NCBI GenBank assembly: GCA_964252035.1
Contig: OZ176208.1
Length of the DNA stretch: 64,000 nt
From: Podarcis erhardii
Lineage: Eukaryota
Strand: one strand, 5' to 3'
Positions 48,346 to 61,310 of the stretch are shown here, one piece after another. The translations under genes were made by a program, and so were the position numbers. The notes below the pieces were generated by a model. The model was given only the letters and a program-made list of their open reading frames with translations. It had not been told where the DNA came from and ran no database searches. Positions within the stretch are counted from its first letter, which is position 1. Each line of letters opens with the position of its first letter.

Positions 48346-51300
48346 GAATAAGGATTCCTTAAATCAGAGCATAACATAGTTTTTATAAAACCTGATTTTT
48401 GTAAAGAGTAGATTAATGGGAAATGTTTGAAGATGAGCTGCCTATTATTCAGTATAATGTCCTACCTTATTACAGTTGGCCCCTGTCTTAATGATGCTTC
48501 CATGTCTGCAGTGGTTAATTGTAAAAAGATGTGGACTCTGCAGAAGAGTTGAGTGAGGTCTATTAGTTGCTCTTTTTGTTTACTTGATAAAGAAAAGAAG
48601 AAATAAATTTATAATTGATTCAGAACAAAATGGACCACTTGAAGAAAAAACATCCTGTGTAAAAGTGCAAATAAAGTTTAATGCTGAGAATTATGATAAG
48701 CGGAGTGTGTTTAATTCGCAGTAATAAAGGCCAATTTTGGCAAACATATTTTGACCAATTTGCTTTTGTTTCCCATCTGAAACGTTCCTCAAAACTTGTG
48801 GCTTTTGTGTTGCACTTAAAGAGGTTTTAGATAGTTGTGTGAAAATATAAATATTGAAGTTCTGATTGGAGTTAGGCAATAAGACAAGAAGAAAATATTG
48901 GAAAATCCTATTAAAGTCAGATGTTGCATCCCACGATGAAACAAAAAATATGAACATCAGAAGGTTTGTGTGTTTTGCAGACTTGAATGAGGCAGCTTCA
49001 ATTTGTTAGTTCAAAAGATAAGACTGAAGTCTTGTCGGGTCCTTATTTTTCAGTTCAGTGACAAAAACTCCTTTTAGTGTTTATGCTTACATAACGGTTG
49101 TGTGAATAATGAACTCACTGACCGTGCAATCTTATGCATGTGTCATCAAAAGTAAGACTTGCTCTCAAACATGTGGGTGCATAAATTATTGTCGCCTACT
49201 CAGAAGTAAGTCCTGTTGAATTCAGTGGGGCTTACTGCTCGGTACATGGAGTTAAGATTGCAGCCTTATACATGAAAGTGATACTAAAACTGTATCCAGT
49301 CGTTTGAAACTTTCTGCCAGTTCTTAAAACACACCGTTGTGTTCCTTTTCGCATTAATTAGCCTTCCCTTTTAATGTATAACATTTCAGTGTGTTGAAAT
49401 TCATAGAATTATAAGTATTCACATGTATGAACTTACAAAGGCAAGAAAATTACTGGTCTGTCTTTTTTGGACAAGGACTTGGAACAATCGACGAACCACA
49501 TTTTGCAGGTTCTTATTTCAGTGTGTTTTATTTAGAATCCAAGCTCAGTGGATCTGTAGAAGTTCAAAGTCTTAATTATGAAGTTTCATTTGGTGATCTT
49601 GTTGCACAAGCAAAAGTCACTGGTGCCTCCTTCCGTCCTCTGCTGCTCCCCACAGGTCCCAAAGACCCCCCTGAACAAGTTTGTGCTCAATATTATACAA
49701 TAACTCTTGTAACATATAGTCAAGGTTGTTCTCGCATTTGGGAGTGGTACATGTGTGTGTCTGTGAAACCATTTGTTTTCTTAATTTTAAGTAATACTAA
49801 ATGTAAGAGATGCAACTGCATTAGGATGCTCACTTATCAAAAATATTTGAGTTACTCAAAATATTCTACTTTCCTTTTAATAATGTTGCAGCGATACAGA
49901 AAAGCAGCTTTCATAATCCTGGAAGGAGCATTATTTAAATACTTCCTGCTATGAGTCCCTTTTTTTTTGGTATGTTTGTTAAAGGAAGCTGTACTCAAAG
50001 ATGAAGTAAACCAATTTCAGAAAATGTTTTTCAAAAGCTGTAAACTCAAAATAGTGAACAGAAGGTTTATGATTTATTCCTCACAGTTAGGATTGCATAG
50101 TCGCTCTTGTTGAAGGGGTGTCCCGATTCAAGAATATTTTGATCCTTTAGAATAGGAATCTGACGTATTTCTAAATTTCTATATACTAAAAGAGCTCCCA
50201 AATGCTTTTGTTTTGGAAATTTGATTTTGTTTGACATCAGATAATAGCAGGAGATTATGAAGAGATATGATGTGCAAGTAGACTAAGATAAGTCAGGGCA
50301 GTTGTGCATGAAGAAATGCATTATTTAAAAAGAACACCAAAGAGCACATATTTGCGTAAAATTTGCATGTGCTACTTTATACATGTAGATTTAAATTTAT
50401 AAAAAATTGCTATAATTATAAGGGTGTATGATAAATTTAGGGTCAGGTAACCTGTGTGCCTCCTCTATGTCTGCTGATGGGCCCCTGCTCGTCTTTATCT
50501 TCAAACCCGACTTTGGCTGGACAGCCTTTCAAAAAATAAAGGATTCCTGGAGTATAGTCCTCTGACACGCCTTCAAGTAGAGGACTGTTCTGTGTTAAGT
50601 AGGGTATGTGGCCGCCCTATGTTCAGTTGTGCAGACATGTATGTGACCCTTTTCCAGGGTTGTAGCAATTCACTTTAGTAGCGCCACTTGGGGTGGGGTT
50701 TTGGGGGTTTTTCTGGGGCTGATTCTGGAGCCAGAGAGTAGTTGTACACAAGAATGAGCAATTCAGTTTTTAAACAACAATTATGAGCGCCTCGTTAAGG
50801 AATGGGAAATGTCTCCTTTTATATCGCTGTACTTTCTCATTACAATCTGCCCAGTGAAGTAATCAAAATACCATAAAGTAAACTCTTTTATTCCTTATGA
50901 TTCACTTCCATTTTTGAAACAGGTTATCACTGCAGAGTGACATAAATGCTCCTGTATTATTTGTTTGTTCTTAATGCAGTCAACAAAAAGATTGCACATT
51001 TTATTCTAATTGATTTTTTATTATTATGCAATCCGATAATTTTTCAAGTACTGCGCTGTCTCTGCAGTGGGTAAATCACATGAACTTTTTTGTTTAGTTT
51101 TGTTACCGGCAGCTGTACTTTAAAATTTTGCCTCAGTTTTTCTAAACAACATTTTTAGCGTCTCCATATTACATCTCTTTCAACATTTGCAGATAAAAAA
51201 ATATGCAAGCATTCAATTTTTGTGTTTATTGTTTCTATCCTTTCATTACTTTGAATAACTGGATATGAGTAAGGAAGGAATGTGGAACCCTCAAGTCTGA

Positions 51301-53239
51301 ATTTTGGTGCATCTTCAGACCCTTCTACTTAGGATTTGCTGTCGTGCTTCCTTGCCTTTTTAATTTTGGGTGCATTTTTAAAGAGTATTGTTGTTGTCAT
51401 TTAAATGCTGCTATTCAAATAACTTTTAGTAGAACAAAAGTAATGGAATAAAATGTGCACGCTATGCCTGTTAATAAAAGTAATTATAGGTCCCAAATTG
51501 CCTTCTACTTGTAGACTAGTTTTTGTTCCCCATTTGTTGATGTAAACCAGGAACTGAGCAAGGTAACCATTTTCATGAGATTAGAGGCAGCCAGGCTGAC
51601 TGTCTCTTGGCTTTTTGCTCCCCCCACTTAAATGCATGCCCACCCCTATCTTCTGTTTAGATATCGCTTGCTTTTTGGAGTTTCACATTACTGCAGCAAT
51701 TGATCTGAGTGACCTAGCTTAAGAACTTTAACATTGCAGTTGCAACTTAAACCAAATGTATACCCTCAAGAGGCAAATCATCTGAAAAACTGGTCAGTTG
51801 TGATTAGGACCTACTGTACTTTCTCCCCGCAAACCTGAATAGGATAGCACTGGAAATCATCAGTTGCTTAAACAGGCGGGTGACATAAATCTAATTTCTG
51901 CTTATACAAATGCAGCACTTTTGCAGCTTTAGAATAAGCATTTGAACCAGCTGTGCCAACTTTTCACAGTTGCTGTTCCTGAAAGTTTAAACTTTGTCTT
52001 TTATTCTATTTCACTTAACCATCAGACCCTGAGTTTTAAACTTAGAAATTAGGGTCATGAATTTGGAAATTAGATGCTAATTGTGCATCAGAGCTTTGAC
52101 CTGTAATTCTCAAATATCTTCAATGTAAAAATCATTACTGTTGCGGAGACCTTTATCCTATTAAAAATCAGATAAACATGCCTAGACCGTACCAGGAATA
52201 GATGAATATTTAAATTATTATTTTCATTATAAAGACATGAGCTTTACCTTCAAAATGTGCAATACTTTGTATATTTTTGTAGAGTAAATCTAGGTGATCT
52301 CAGTGGGACTCTGTAGTTTCAAGTAAACATGCATGGAATTAGACTAAAAAGCCTATAATATTGGGTCCGTGACTTGTCAAAAATATATTTTTCATAATTC
52401 AGCTGTTTAGGCTCTTACGTAATGCAGTTGGTGGACTTGTGCTTATTCTGCAGTGCTCTTTTTGTGAAAGGATTGCTCAAGTTTGAAAAATATTAATCGA
52501 ACTTTACTTTTGGATCTGTATTTCTGAACTACACATAATGATAGAATATATAATATGGATAGAACATCTCTAACAAAAATAAGAATTTACAAAAACAAAT
52601 GAATCTTTGGCTTCTCGATTTTGATTCCTTAGTATTTTTAACGTCTCACATTTAGGTTTTGACTATTTCGGTTTTTAAATACAGATTTGTTAATCTACTA
52701 CTCAACAAGTAACATACAACCACTGCATCATTTTATCATTTGCATGAGATTAGAAGAAAATGGCTACACCACCTTGAGTTTTAACAAATCTTGAATTGTA
52801 ATTAGTAACACCAGTGATTTTAAAGGCATAATGACCTCTTTAATGTAATACACCTCTTTTATGTAATGACACCAATTTACACAAAAATAAACTGGCTTCT
52901 AAATAAGATTTAGAAGATGCTTTCTGACACCATAGATGTGACCCCTCATTTTTCATGCAGTTAACATTTTCTATCTGCAATTTAAAAACATTGAACATTT
53001 AAAATCCAAATTATGCAACAATTTCCCCAACCCATACGCTCTGTGTTCATACACAATATGCAATATCTTCTTTTGTTTTTTTTATTTTGTGCCTGCATAT
53101 AAGTCTGTTTTTTTAATTAAAAACAACAACACAACTCCAAGATCCTTGATTTTGATATTGATGTCTGAATGAAGAACCACTAGGTCCTATTTTTAAATGT
53201 TGTCTTACTTTCAGTAATGAATTATTTTTATTACTGTTA

Positions 53240-53800
53240 CTATTATATTTATATCCTGCCTTTTTCCCAGACCAGGACTTGAAAGCAGCTTATACAAATT
53301 AAAACAACACAGATAAAATACAGAAGGCTTAAAACATATAAAATATAGTAATTAAAAAGTAATTAAACTGGAGTAGAATTAAAACAATATAAACAATGGT
53401 TACAGTGGTACCTCAGGTTACATACGCTTCAGGTTACAGACTCCGCTAACCCAGAAATAGTGCTTCGGGTTAAGAACTTTGCTTCAGGATGAGAACAGAA
53501 ATCGTGTCCCGGAGGCGAGGCAGCAGGAGGAGGAGGCCCCATTAGCTAAAGTGGCGCTTCAGGTTAAGAACAGTTGCAGGTTAAGTACGGACCTCCAGAA
53601 CGAATTAAGTACTTAACCTGAGGTACCACTGTATATTAAAATACAGATAGTAAAAGAAGCACAGCACTCTTCAAAAGCCCTTTCCTTTAAGAAATGGTCC
53701 TGCAACGCCTGCTGCAAGAAAGCAGTCTTTTCCTGCTGGCGGAATAGCAACAAGGAGTGAATCAGTCTAGCTTATTTAGGGAGCAGCCACCAAGAAGGCC
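53240..53800 (-). mobile_element. Old L2 3' region interrupted by a family A MITE
   Basis: TATTTATATCCTGCC...AAGCAGCTTATAC L2-type terminus in reverse, continuing past the MITE. Confidence 0.55.
53403..53631. mobile_element. Tc1/mariner MITE, family A
   Basis: TA|CAGTGGTACCTC...GAGGTACCACTG|TA. Confidence 0.93.
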
Positions 53801-54189
53801 CTCTTGAGAAATGTATCTTAATGGTAATTCCTTTGTGAATGAATTTTGAAAAGCAATTGCAATTGAGATTTGTCAGGTGAGGATTCAGCACTTTGATGTG
53901 AAGGGTTGTGCAGAGGATCATGAAGGTATCCTTTTTATTTATTTGTTACACTTATCCCCTGCCTTTCCATACAAAAAGGTTTTTCTTCTGAAAACCAACC
54001 CTGTATTCCTATGTTCCATCTTATTGGCAATTTCCCTTCTTTGGCAAGATAGCTGAACAAGTGTACATCACTTATTTGGGAACACAACTGGATGTGAGCA
54101 CACTTTTATAAACACCTACCAACCTGGCATGTGGTCTGTTAATAGCGTTGGGCAGGCCTTGATTAACAGTTGCTGCCTGTTGATTTATC

Positions 54190-54470
54190 AAGATTTTCCA
54201 CCCCATAGACCCTCTTAGATCTTTGATGCCTTTGGTAGTGTTGATCATGAGATGTTGTTGGAGACACAACTGCGGAACCTGGCAGGAATTCAAAACATAG
54301 TTGTGGAGTGCCTGGTTTTGATTATAGCATGGAGGTCTGATTTGTTATCGTCCCTTTCGGACTCGGCCTGCCCTGCCCTGCCTCCTGCCCAGTGTTACAT
54401 ATTGAATTACTGGGTAAGATTACGTATAATCTAATGTCATCAATATGCTGATGATACCCAGCTCATTATT
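54190..54470 (+). mobile_element. Old L2 RT fragment
   Basis: Degenerate LDL..AFGSVDHEMLL and HQYADDTQL motifs. Confidence 0.6.
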
Positions 54471-55854
54471 GTAGTTTATCTGAGCCAAGCTCTGCAGTCT
54501 TCCAGGTTCAAGCCACAGCTGGATATTTCATTATGAGTGCTAAAGAAGTGCTTGCTTGATTCAGTATAATAGAACAATATCCCAATAGAACAAAATTCCA
54601 TCCTTTCTTCAGTGCGGAGGTGAGTATGATTAGCCTTAGACAGGTGAGAATAGCCATACAAGTGGTGGAAGGGCAAAATTATCCACCTGCAGCTTTACAC
54701 ATAATTTAAGTTTGTGGTTTTTTGTTTTTTAAATTTTTGGTATGACATGCTTCGTTAAGGGCTTCCCATGTTCACTTAAACTCTGAAATGTAGAGAAATT
54801 TGTGAGTCATGCCCTTAATAGGCGTACTTGGGCAATGTGGATCTTCTGTGGTTCATTCCAGCTTCACCACTACTTTATTTATTTAATTTATGGAGCGTTT
54901 CTAATAAAACATCTTGTAGCAAGCATCAGCAAATAAGAAACCATTTCAGTTTCAGTGCAGATGCAAACTGGGAAATCTCCACTTAAAAGGCTTCTAGGAA
55001 AACGAAGGTCTTCAGTAGCTCCTGAAAATAAAATATAGAGATGGCTGCTAGAGGCACAGTGTCACATGAACCTGAGTCTATTAAACACATGAGTCCATAT
55101 AACTGAATCAATCAGTCCATGTTCCAAGCACGCAACTGGTGCTTTTAAAACTGCAAGGTATGCATACATCCTGGTTTTAATATAGAAAGCATTAAAAGTA
55201 GTAGGTCCAGTTTGCCCCTCTTCTTCTATATTTTATATTTAAATTATGTTTGTGCTGCTTGTTGTGATCCATGGGGATGCCCAATATTGTGGTGGCCCAA
55301 GCAAGGGGATGTTGGTAGTTCCTGGTTGCCCAAGCGAGATGGCGAGGAAAAAGAAGGCTAGGTAAAGGCAGCACCTAGGAGGGAAATAAAGGTGGGGGTT
55401 CAGGACCATGGATAGGGCTCTTGCAGTGGAGACGAAACAGTCAAGTTGTCTTAGTGAGCAACTGGCTGAGTTTTGCAGCAGGACTAGGTAGTCATTGGCG
55501 AAATGCTCCATACCCCGAGTGCCATCTCCCGTCAGTTAAAGGACCTTGTTCTTTTTTCTGTAGCCATCGGTTTCTTCAAGGTAGTGGAGTTTCCAGCTAT
55601 GGAAATCTCCATCTCATCCTCACAGTTGCAGTTCTGGAGGACTAACTCCAAGGAGGTCTGTTCTAGGATCATGACTCCCAAGACGGCATATGGGTTTTTG
55701 TTTGTTGATGTAAAAAGACAATCCAATAAAACACATAATGATTATTTTTTAAGAAACAAACCCAGTAGCAAAATGTCCCATCACAACCTCTTAGAGAGCC
55801 CCCAAGTGTGTAATCTTTACAGTTGCATGTGTCATTGCTTTGATAAGAGAAATA

Positions 55855-56532
55855 CAGTGGTGCCTCGCAAGACGAAATTAATTCGTTCCGCAAGTTTTTT
55901 CGTCTTGCGAGTTTTTCGTCTTGCGAAGCACGGTTTCCCATAGGAATGCATTGAAAATCAATCAACGCGTTCCTATGGAAACCGCCTTCAGACCAGGTCC
56001 GGGGACAGTCTGTCCCCCGACCTCTTCTGAAGGCTGGGGGGGGGGACACAAGGGCTTTTCTTCCCACCCCCAGCATTTTAAAAAACCCCGGGACAGCAGA
56101 GGACTTCTCCGCTGTCCCGGGGTTTTTTAAAATGCTGGCGGGCAGCAGCGAAGTCCAGGACCTCTTCTGAAGGCTGGCGGGGGGGCGAAAGTCTTTGCTC
56201 CCCCCCGCCTGCCTTCAAAAGCCGTCCGGGATAGCGGGAAGCGCTTCCCTGCTATCCCGGACCGCTTTTAAAATGCTGGCGGTGGGGAGCAAAGCCTTTC
56301 GGCCCCCGCCGGCCTTCCTGGACCTCTTCTGAAGGCCGGAGGGGGGGGGGAAAGGCTTTGCTCCCCACCGCCAGCATTTAAAAGAGGTCCCCGGAGATTT
56401 CCCTATGGGCTTTCTTCTTGCGAAGCAAGCCCATAGGGAAATTCGTCTTGCGAAGCGCCTCAAAAAACAGAAAACCCTTTCGTCTAGCGGGTTTTTCGTC
56501 TTGCGAGGCATTCGTCTTGCGGGGCACCACTG
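55855..56532. mobile_element. Tc1/mariner MITE, family D, with internal hairpin modules
   Basis: TA|CAGTGGTGCCTCGCAAGACG...CGTCTTGCGGGGCACCACTG|TA. Iterated CGTCTTGCGA motifs and three GACCTCTTCTGAAGGC modules. Confidence 0.92.
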
Positions 56533-56956
56533 TAATCTCTTCCTGTCCCACTCTTATTTATTTCATAGATGTTATATACTACTTGTTTGTAAAAATTCTC
56601 AAAAAAATTATCAAAGCAGTTTGCTCTTCTGGTGAAGAACACTGTAGCTAACACTATGCTATAGATAATCAGAAACAGTAACAGCACTAACCAAAATAAA
56701 ACATGTCATACATTATAATAACAATAAAATCAAGTTGCCCCGAGTAGCCAGAGCAACCCAGTCAAATGGGCAGGGTACAATCAATCTAGCTAACTATCTA
56801 GCAAATGCAAAATAGTAGTGCGTTCTTGGCGGCTGCTTTGCAGGTGCAGAACTCCCTCTACTTTGAGGCTCAATGAAGTGCAAGCCTGAACATCTTTTAC
56901 AATTATTTATTTTTTTTGGGGGGGAGTATTGGTTTGTTTGTGTTTGTATATGTATA

Positions 56957-57187
56957 CAGTGGTACCTCGGGTTACATACGCTTCAGGTTACATATGCTTC
57001 AGGTTACAGACTCCGCTAACCCAGAAATAGTACCTCGGGTTAAGAACTTTGCTTCAGGATGAGAACAGAAATCGTGCAGCGGCAGCAGAAGGCCCCATTA
57101 GCTAAAGTGGTGCTTCAGGTCAAGAACAATTTCAGGTTAAGAACGGACCTCCGGAACAAATTAAGTACTTAACCTGAGGTACAACTG
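56957..57187. mobile_element. Tc1/mariner MITE, family A
   Basis: TA|CAGTGGTACCTC...GAGGTACAACTG|TA. Confidence 0.92.
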
Positions 57188-57413
57188 TATGTATATGTAT
57201 GTGTTTGTCCTTGTTTTTATTATGTATTTTGTATTCCTTCTGCCCCAAGATCTGTGGATGAAAGGTGGTACATAAATAAAATAAAATAATAAAATAAATT
57301 TATATTCCACCCTTCCTTCCAAAGAAGCCCAGAGCAGTGAAGGTTTATGTGATTAATACAGTTAAGATAAAAGCATCTTTTAAATAAGTTTACATATTTG
57401 TAAATAAAACATA

Positions 57414-57640
57414 CAGTGGTACCTGGGTTTATGAACTTAATCCATTCTGGAAGTCCGTTCTTAAACCAAAACTATTCTTATTCCCTAATGAGGCCTCCCA
57501 CCGCTGGTGCCCTTCCACTGTTTGGATTCTGTTCGTAGACCAAGGTAAAGTTCACAAACCGGGACACTATTTCCGGTTTTGCGGAGTTCATATACCAAGT
57601 AGTTCATAAACAGGGCTGTTCTTAAACCGAGATACCACTG
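57414..57640. mobile_element. Tc1/mariner MITE, short relative of family C
   Basis: TA|CAGTGGTACC...GATACCACTG|TA. Shares AACTTAATCC, AAAGTTCACAAAC and GTTCATAAAC with 38341-39039. Confidence 0.88.
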
Positions 57641-58562
57641 TATTTGTAACAATTTCAAGCTGCACTTTGGACAAGGGGTGGGTGGGTAGACATTAGTAGG
57701 TTTGGGGGCTTTAGATCCTAGTGCATTTTTAGTTCTTAAATTGGATTTTAATTTGATACTTGATGGGGTATTCTGTCTTTTCCTTTTCCTGAATTCAGTA
57801 GTACCATCTAAAAGCCTTCAGGACTGAAATGTCAGTTACATCAATATTACATTAGTCAAGAAATGGAAGTGTTCATAATGTCAAAACAATGCAGACATTT
57901 GGTAACACAGGTTTTCATTGAAATAAGAATTTTTACAGTGGTCTGTTAATTGTAGATGACGGTCTGCTATATTATGGTAACTTGCTCATTTTTTATGTTT
58001 GTTCATAAATTTATATGCACTTTCTATCAGTTCCTCTCAGATTCCTCTGTTTTGTCATATGTGCATTGAGTAGGAAGCTTCAGTTAGTACTTGGTTCAAC
58101 TAGAGATGACCAAACAGGACCAGGCACAATTGGTGCAGCCAGGGCAGGCACTGGTGCAGCGGCTTGGTGTGTGTGTGTGTCCTCACCCCTGCAGGCTTTT
58201 TTCTTACCACCAGTGGGATAGAGAATAACTTTTCAGCTCCAAGGAGTCATAGATTGCGGCCTGATCTGTAGATGTTTCAACGGAATAAGCAGGCTTTAGA
58301 TGTGGTCTCCCCAGTCCCCACTGCTGGTAAAAAGACCACCAGCCATAGAGCTTTCCTTACTGAATTTTCTGCAGATGTACAGGGGGCCTTCAGACTGCAT
58401 AGTGCTGCCCCTCTGGTGGAGGTGCTGTCTGTGAGCAGGGGGGCACCTCAGCCGGCCTTTGTAGGGCGCTAACCCTAAACAAAATTCATTAAAAGTAAGC
58501 CCTTTTTATTGCAGCGGAACAAGCTTCCCCAAGAAAGGTGCTGTTGTAAGAATACTTGCAAG

Positions 58563-58693
58563 CAGTGCTTTCCCCCCCTAGAAAAATAGGTGCCCATCCT
58601 CACCATGGAGATGTTACAGTAGATGCCACATTTTTTAACAACAACAAAAAGATGTGCCGGTACCCTTCAGTATCCCCTAAAAAACCCCCACTG
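58563..58693. mobile_element. hAT MITE related to 46579-46725
   Basis: CAGTGCTTTCCCCC...CCCCCACTG with perfect TSD CTTGCAAG (58555-58562, 58694-58701). Confidence 0.85.
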
Positions 58694-60004
58694 CTTGCAA
58701 GAAAGTAAATCCTATATCCCTTTCTCAACCCCACTGGGAAAGGAATATAGGTCAAGAGATAAACATCTATGAATGTTGATGGACCTGGACAAAAATCCAA
58801 CCGTCCTAAACCAATGCCAGCAGACCTAAGAGAAAATATTCTAAAGAACCGGTTTCAGTGGTACCTTATCTCTCACATACTAAGGGGATGCTTATTCTGG
58901 GACTTGCTGAACATCGGGCTGTTCTGGAGCCTAACTGGTAGCTCAGTTAATGAAATGATAAGATACTCCTTACTATTAGAAAGAAAAGGTATTATTTGGG
59001 TTATTTACAGGATCAGATAGCAGCAGTTGATAGGAAAATAACTGTGAAAATATGCATAGAAAACTGAAAGAAAAATAATCCCCCATTGGAATGGAGCATT
59101 ATAACTGATTAAATTAACATTTAAGGAAGACCAGATTTGAGAACTTGAGCAAACATTTGGAACACTGGTCACTATTAATTACTTTTTCAAATGACAATAT
59201 ACAACCCTGCCACACTTTCCCACTGCTGTAAAAAGCGTTTTCTCTTTACTTTGGTTTGCTGATAATTTGTGGTTACTTTATATTTATTTTATCCATCAGT
59301 TATTGATGTTACTTGTTGTTTTTTGTTTATGCCTATGCTAATCTGCATTGTTATGTTGATTTATATACTTTGGAAAAGTAATTCATTAAAAAAAATTAAG
59401 AAGGCAAAACCTGTTTAATGGATTTTGAGCAAACCTGTCTATGGTGTGTCTTTCAGCGAGTTGTGGATTCTAGGAGCAGATGTTAAACTGCCCACCATCA
59501 AAATATTTTGGCAAGACATGCAGCTCATTGAAAGTATTGTTCCTTGCATCTTCCTGTTGTATTTAAGTCTGCTTTAATTAAACATTATATATACCTTTGA
59601 ATAATAGAGAAAACTCAAAGCCAAATGAGTATGCCTGTACCCCAGTTACTGAAGGCTTTAGATAAAAATGCTTTGCTTGTCTCCTGTCACTGTTAACAGA
59701 AGACAGAAGTTTTAACTGTTATCAAAAAAGATAAAGTATTTGTTCTGTTACTTTTAACATGATATGATTGGGTTCTTTCATCTCTGCCTCCCCCCCTCAA
59801 AGAAAAAGTGATGCTTGCAGGCCTACAGATACAGCATCTTCAAACTACAAACTAAGCAAAAGTCGCAGAGAGATGAACATAATCTCTCAAGACACCAGCA
59901 TACTAGCACAATGCTGAAATCTTTGTTGCCATCTAGTGGATATCCCTGTTGTGTGCAGGAGTTTGTGTATTGCTGCTAAATTTATAAAAGCTATCCTTCT
60001 GGCA

Positions 60005-60363
60005 GGGACGCGGGTGGCGCTGTGGGTTAAACCTCAGCGCCTAGGACTTGCCAATCGCATGGTCGGCGGTTCGAATCCCCGCGGCGGGGTGTGCTCCCGT
60101 CGTTCGGTCCCAGCGCCTGCCAACCTAGCAGTTCGAAAGCACCCCCGGGTGCAAGTAGATAGATAGTGACTGCTTACCAGCGGGAAGGTAAGCGGCGTTC
60201 CGTGTGCTGCGCTGGCTCGCCAGATGCAGCTTGTCACGCTGGCCACATGACCCGGAAGTGTCTGCGGACAGCGCTGGCTCCCGGCCTCTAGAGTGAGATG
60301 AGTGCACCAACCCCAGAGTCTGGCAAGACTGGCCCGCACGGGCAGGGGTACCTTTACCTTTAC
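60005..60363 (+). mobile_element. Sauria SINE, full length (young subfamily)
   Basis: A box (TGGCGCTGTGG), B box (GGTTCGAATCC) and (ACCTTT)n tail. 14-bp TSD CTATCCTTCTGGCA (59991-60004, 60364-60377). Confidence 0.96.
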
Positions 60364-60973
60364 CTATCCTTCTGGCAAAGAGTATCTTTGGTGCCATTCC
60401 ATTAAAGACTGCTTCCTGGGTCTCAGTCCTAATCTTTACTCAGACTTCATTATTTTAACATGTGCAACTACCCATTCTGTATGCCTATTTTATAGTTGTG
60501 TTTTTCATCTTTTAATTTTTGTCTATGGTTCTCTCAGTTTTATATACATCCTGAAATTAAATAATAATAAACAGCATTACAAAAAAGAAGGGGGAGGCAG
60601 CCCTATTTAACCAGCTGAGAGATATCACTTCTAGGGGTGCCACACTCTTTCTGCTGTCTTCTGCTTAAGCACAACAGACTTTAGCTAGGCGACACCTATT
60701 TTTGTTGCCTTTTCAACCACTGCTCTGTCCAACAACCTTTTCTGAGCTCAGAGGCATATTCTATTTGGATTTATCAGACCGAAAGATCGATCGCCCCATT
60801 CTGAACTGAGGCTGACTTGGAATTCTGTGGCTGCTTTAGTCAGGGCCACATCATACCTGCCTGTTTCTACTGGTCTTGCTTGATCTGGGAGCAGTGGCTC
60901 TTTTCTGTCACTTCTCAGCCACAGTCCTTATTTTCCAGCACAGTGCCTAAGATTTTCCTGAGTCCTGTGGGAG

Positions 60974-61310
60974 TGTCATGGAGGTCGTGGTCGGACCCTG
61001 AGGAGGAGGAGTAGGAAGAGCTTGGGGATTTGATCTTGAGGATGCTGGGGAGGATCCCAGGGGGTGAAGGGATGGAGATGCACCCTCCAAAGAAGGCTCA
61101 GGCCAATTCTCAGATTGCTTCCAAACTTGCACCTTGCAGCTTCTCTAGCTGTGGAGCTGCCTCTGGTGCCTTCACTGTTATGCAAGAACGCCCCCCCCCC
61201 TTTCAGGAGAGGCAGCTGGGAGTAAACCGGATGCCAAGCCAGCACCACTCCACCTTTGTCACCTGGAGACTACAGCACTGACTCACACAACAGCACCTAA
61301 CCTGCCCAGT
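60974..61310. mobile_element. LTR-like remnant
   Basis: Begins TGTCATGG with a purine-rich GAGGAGGAG body resembling lizard LTRs. The 3' end and TSD are not resolved. Confidence 0.3.

Noticed and set aside
49427-49954. 175-aa ORF in intron 1
   Set aside because: No recognisable domain, and composition is typical of an AT-rich chance ORF.
55390-55720. Possible old LINE endonuclease remnant on the minus strand
   Set aside because: Motifs are too degenerate to support a call.
60005-60080. tRNA-like A/B boxes as a tRNA gene (also in the other SINE heads)
   Set aside because: These are the tRNA-derived heads of Sauria SINEs, with TSDs and ACCTTT tails, and no full cloverleaf.
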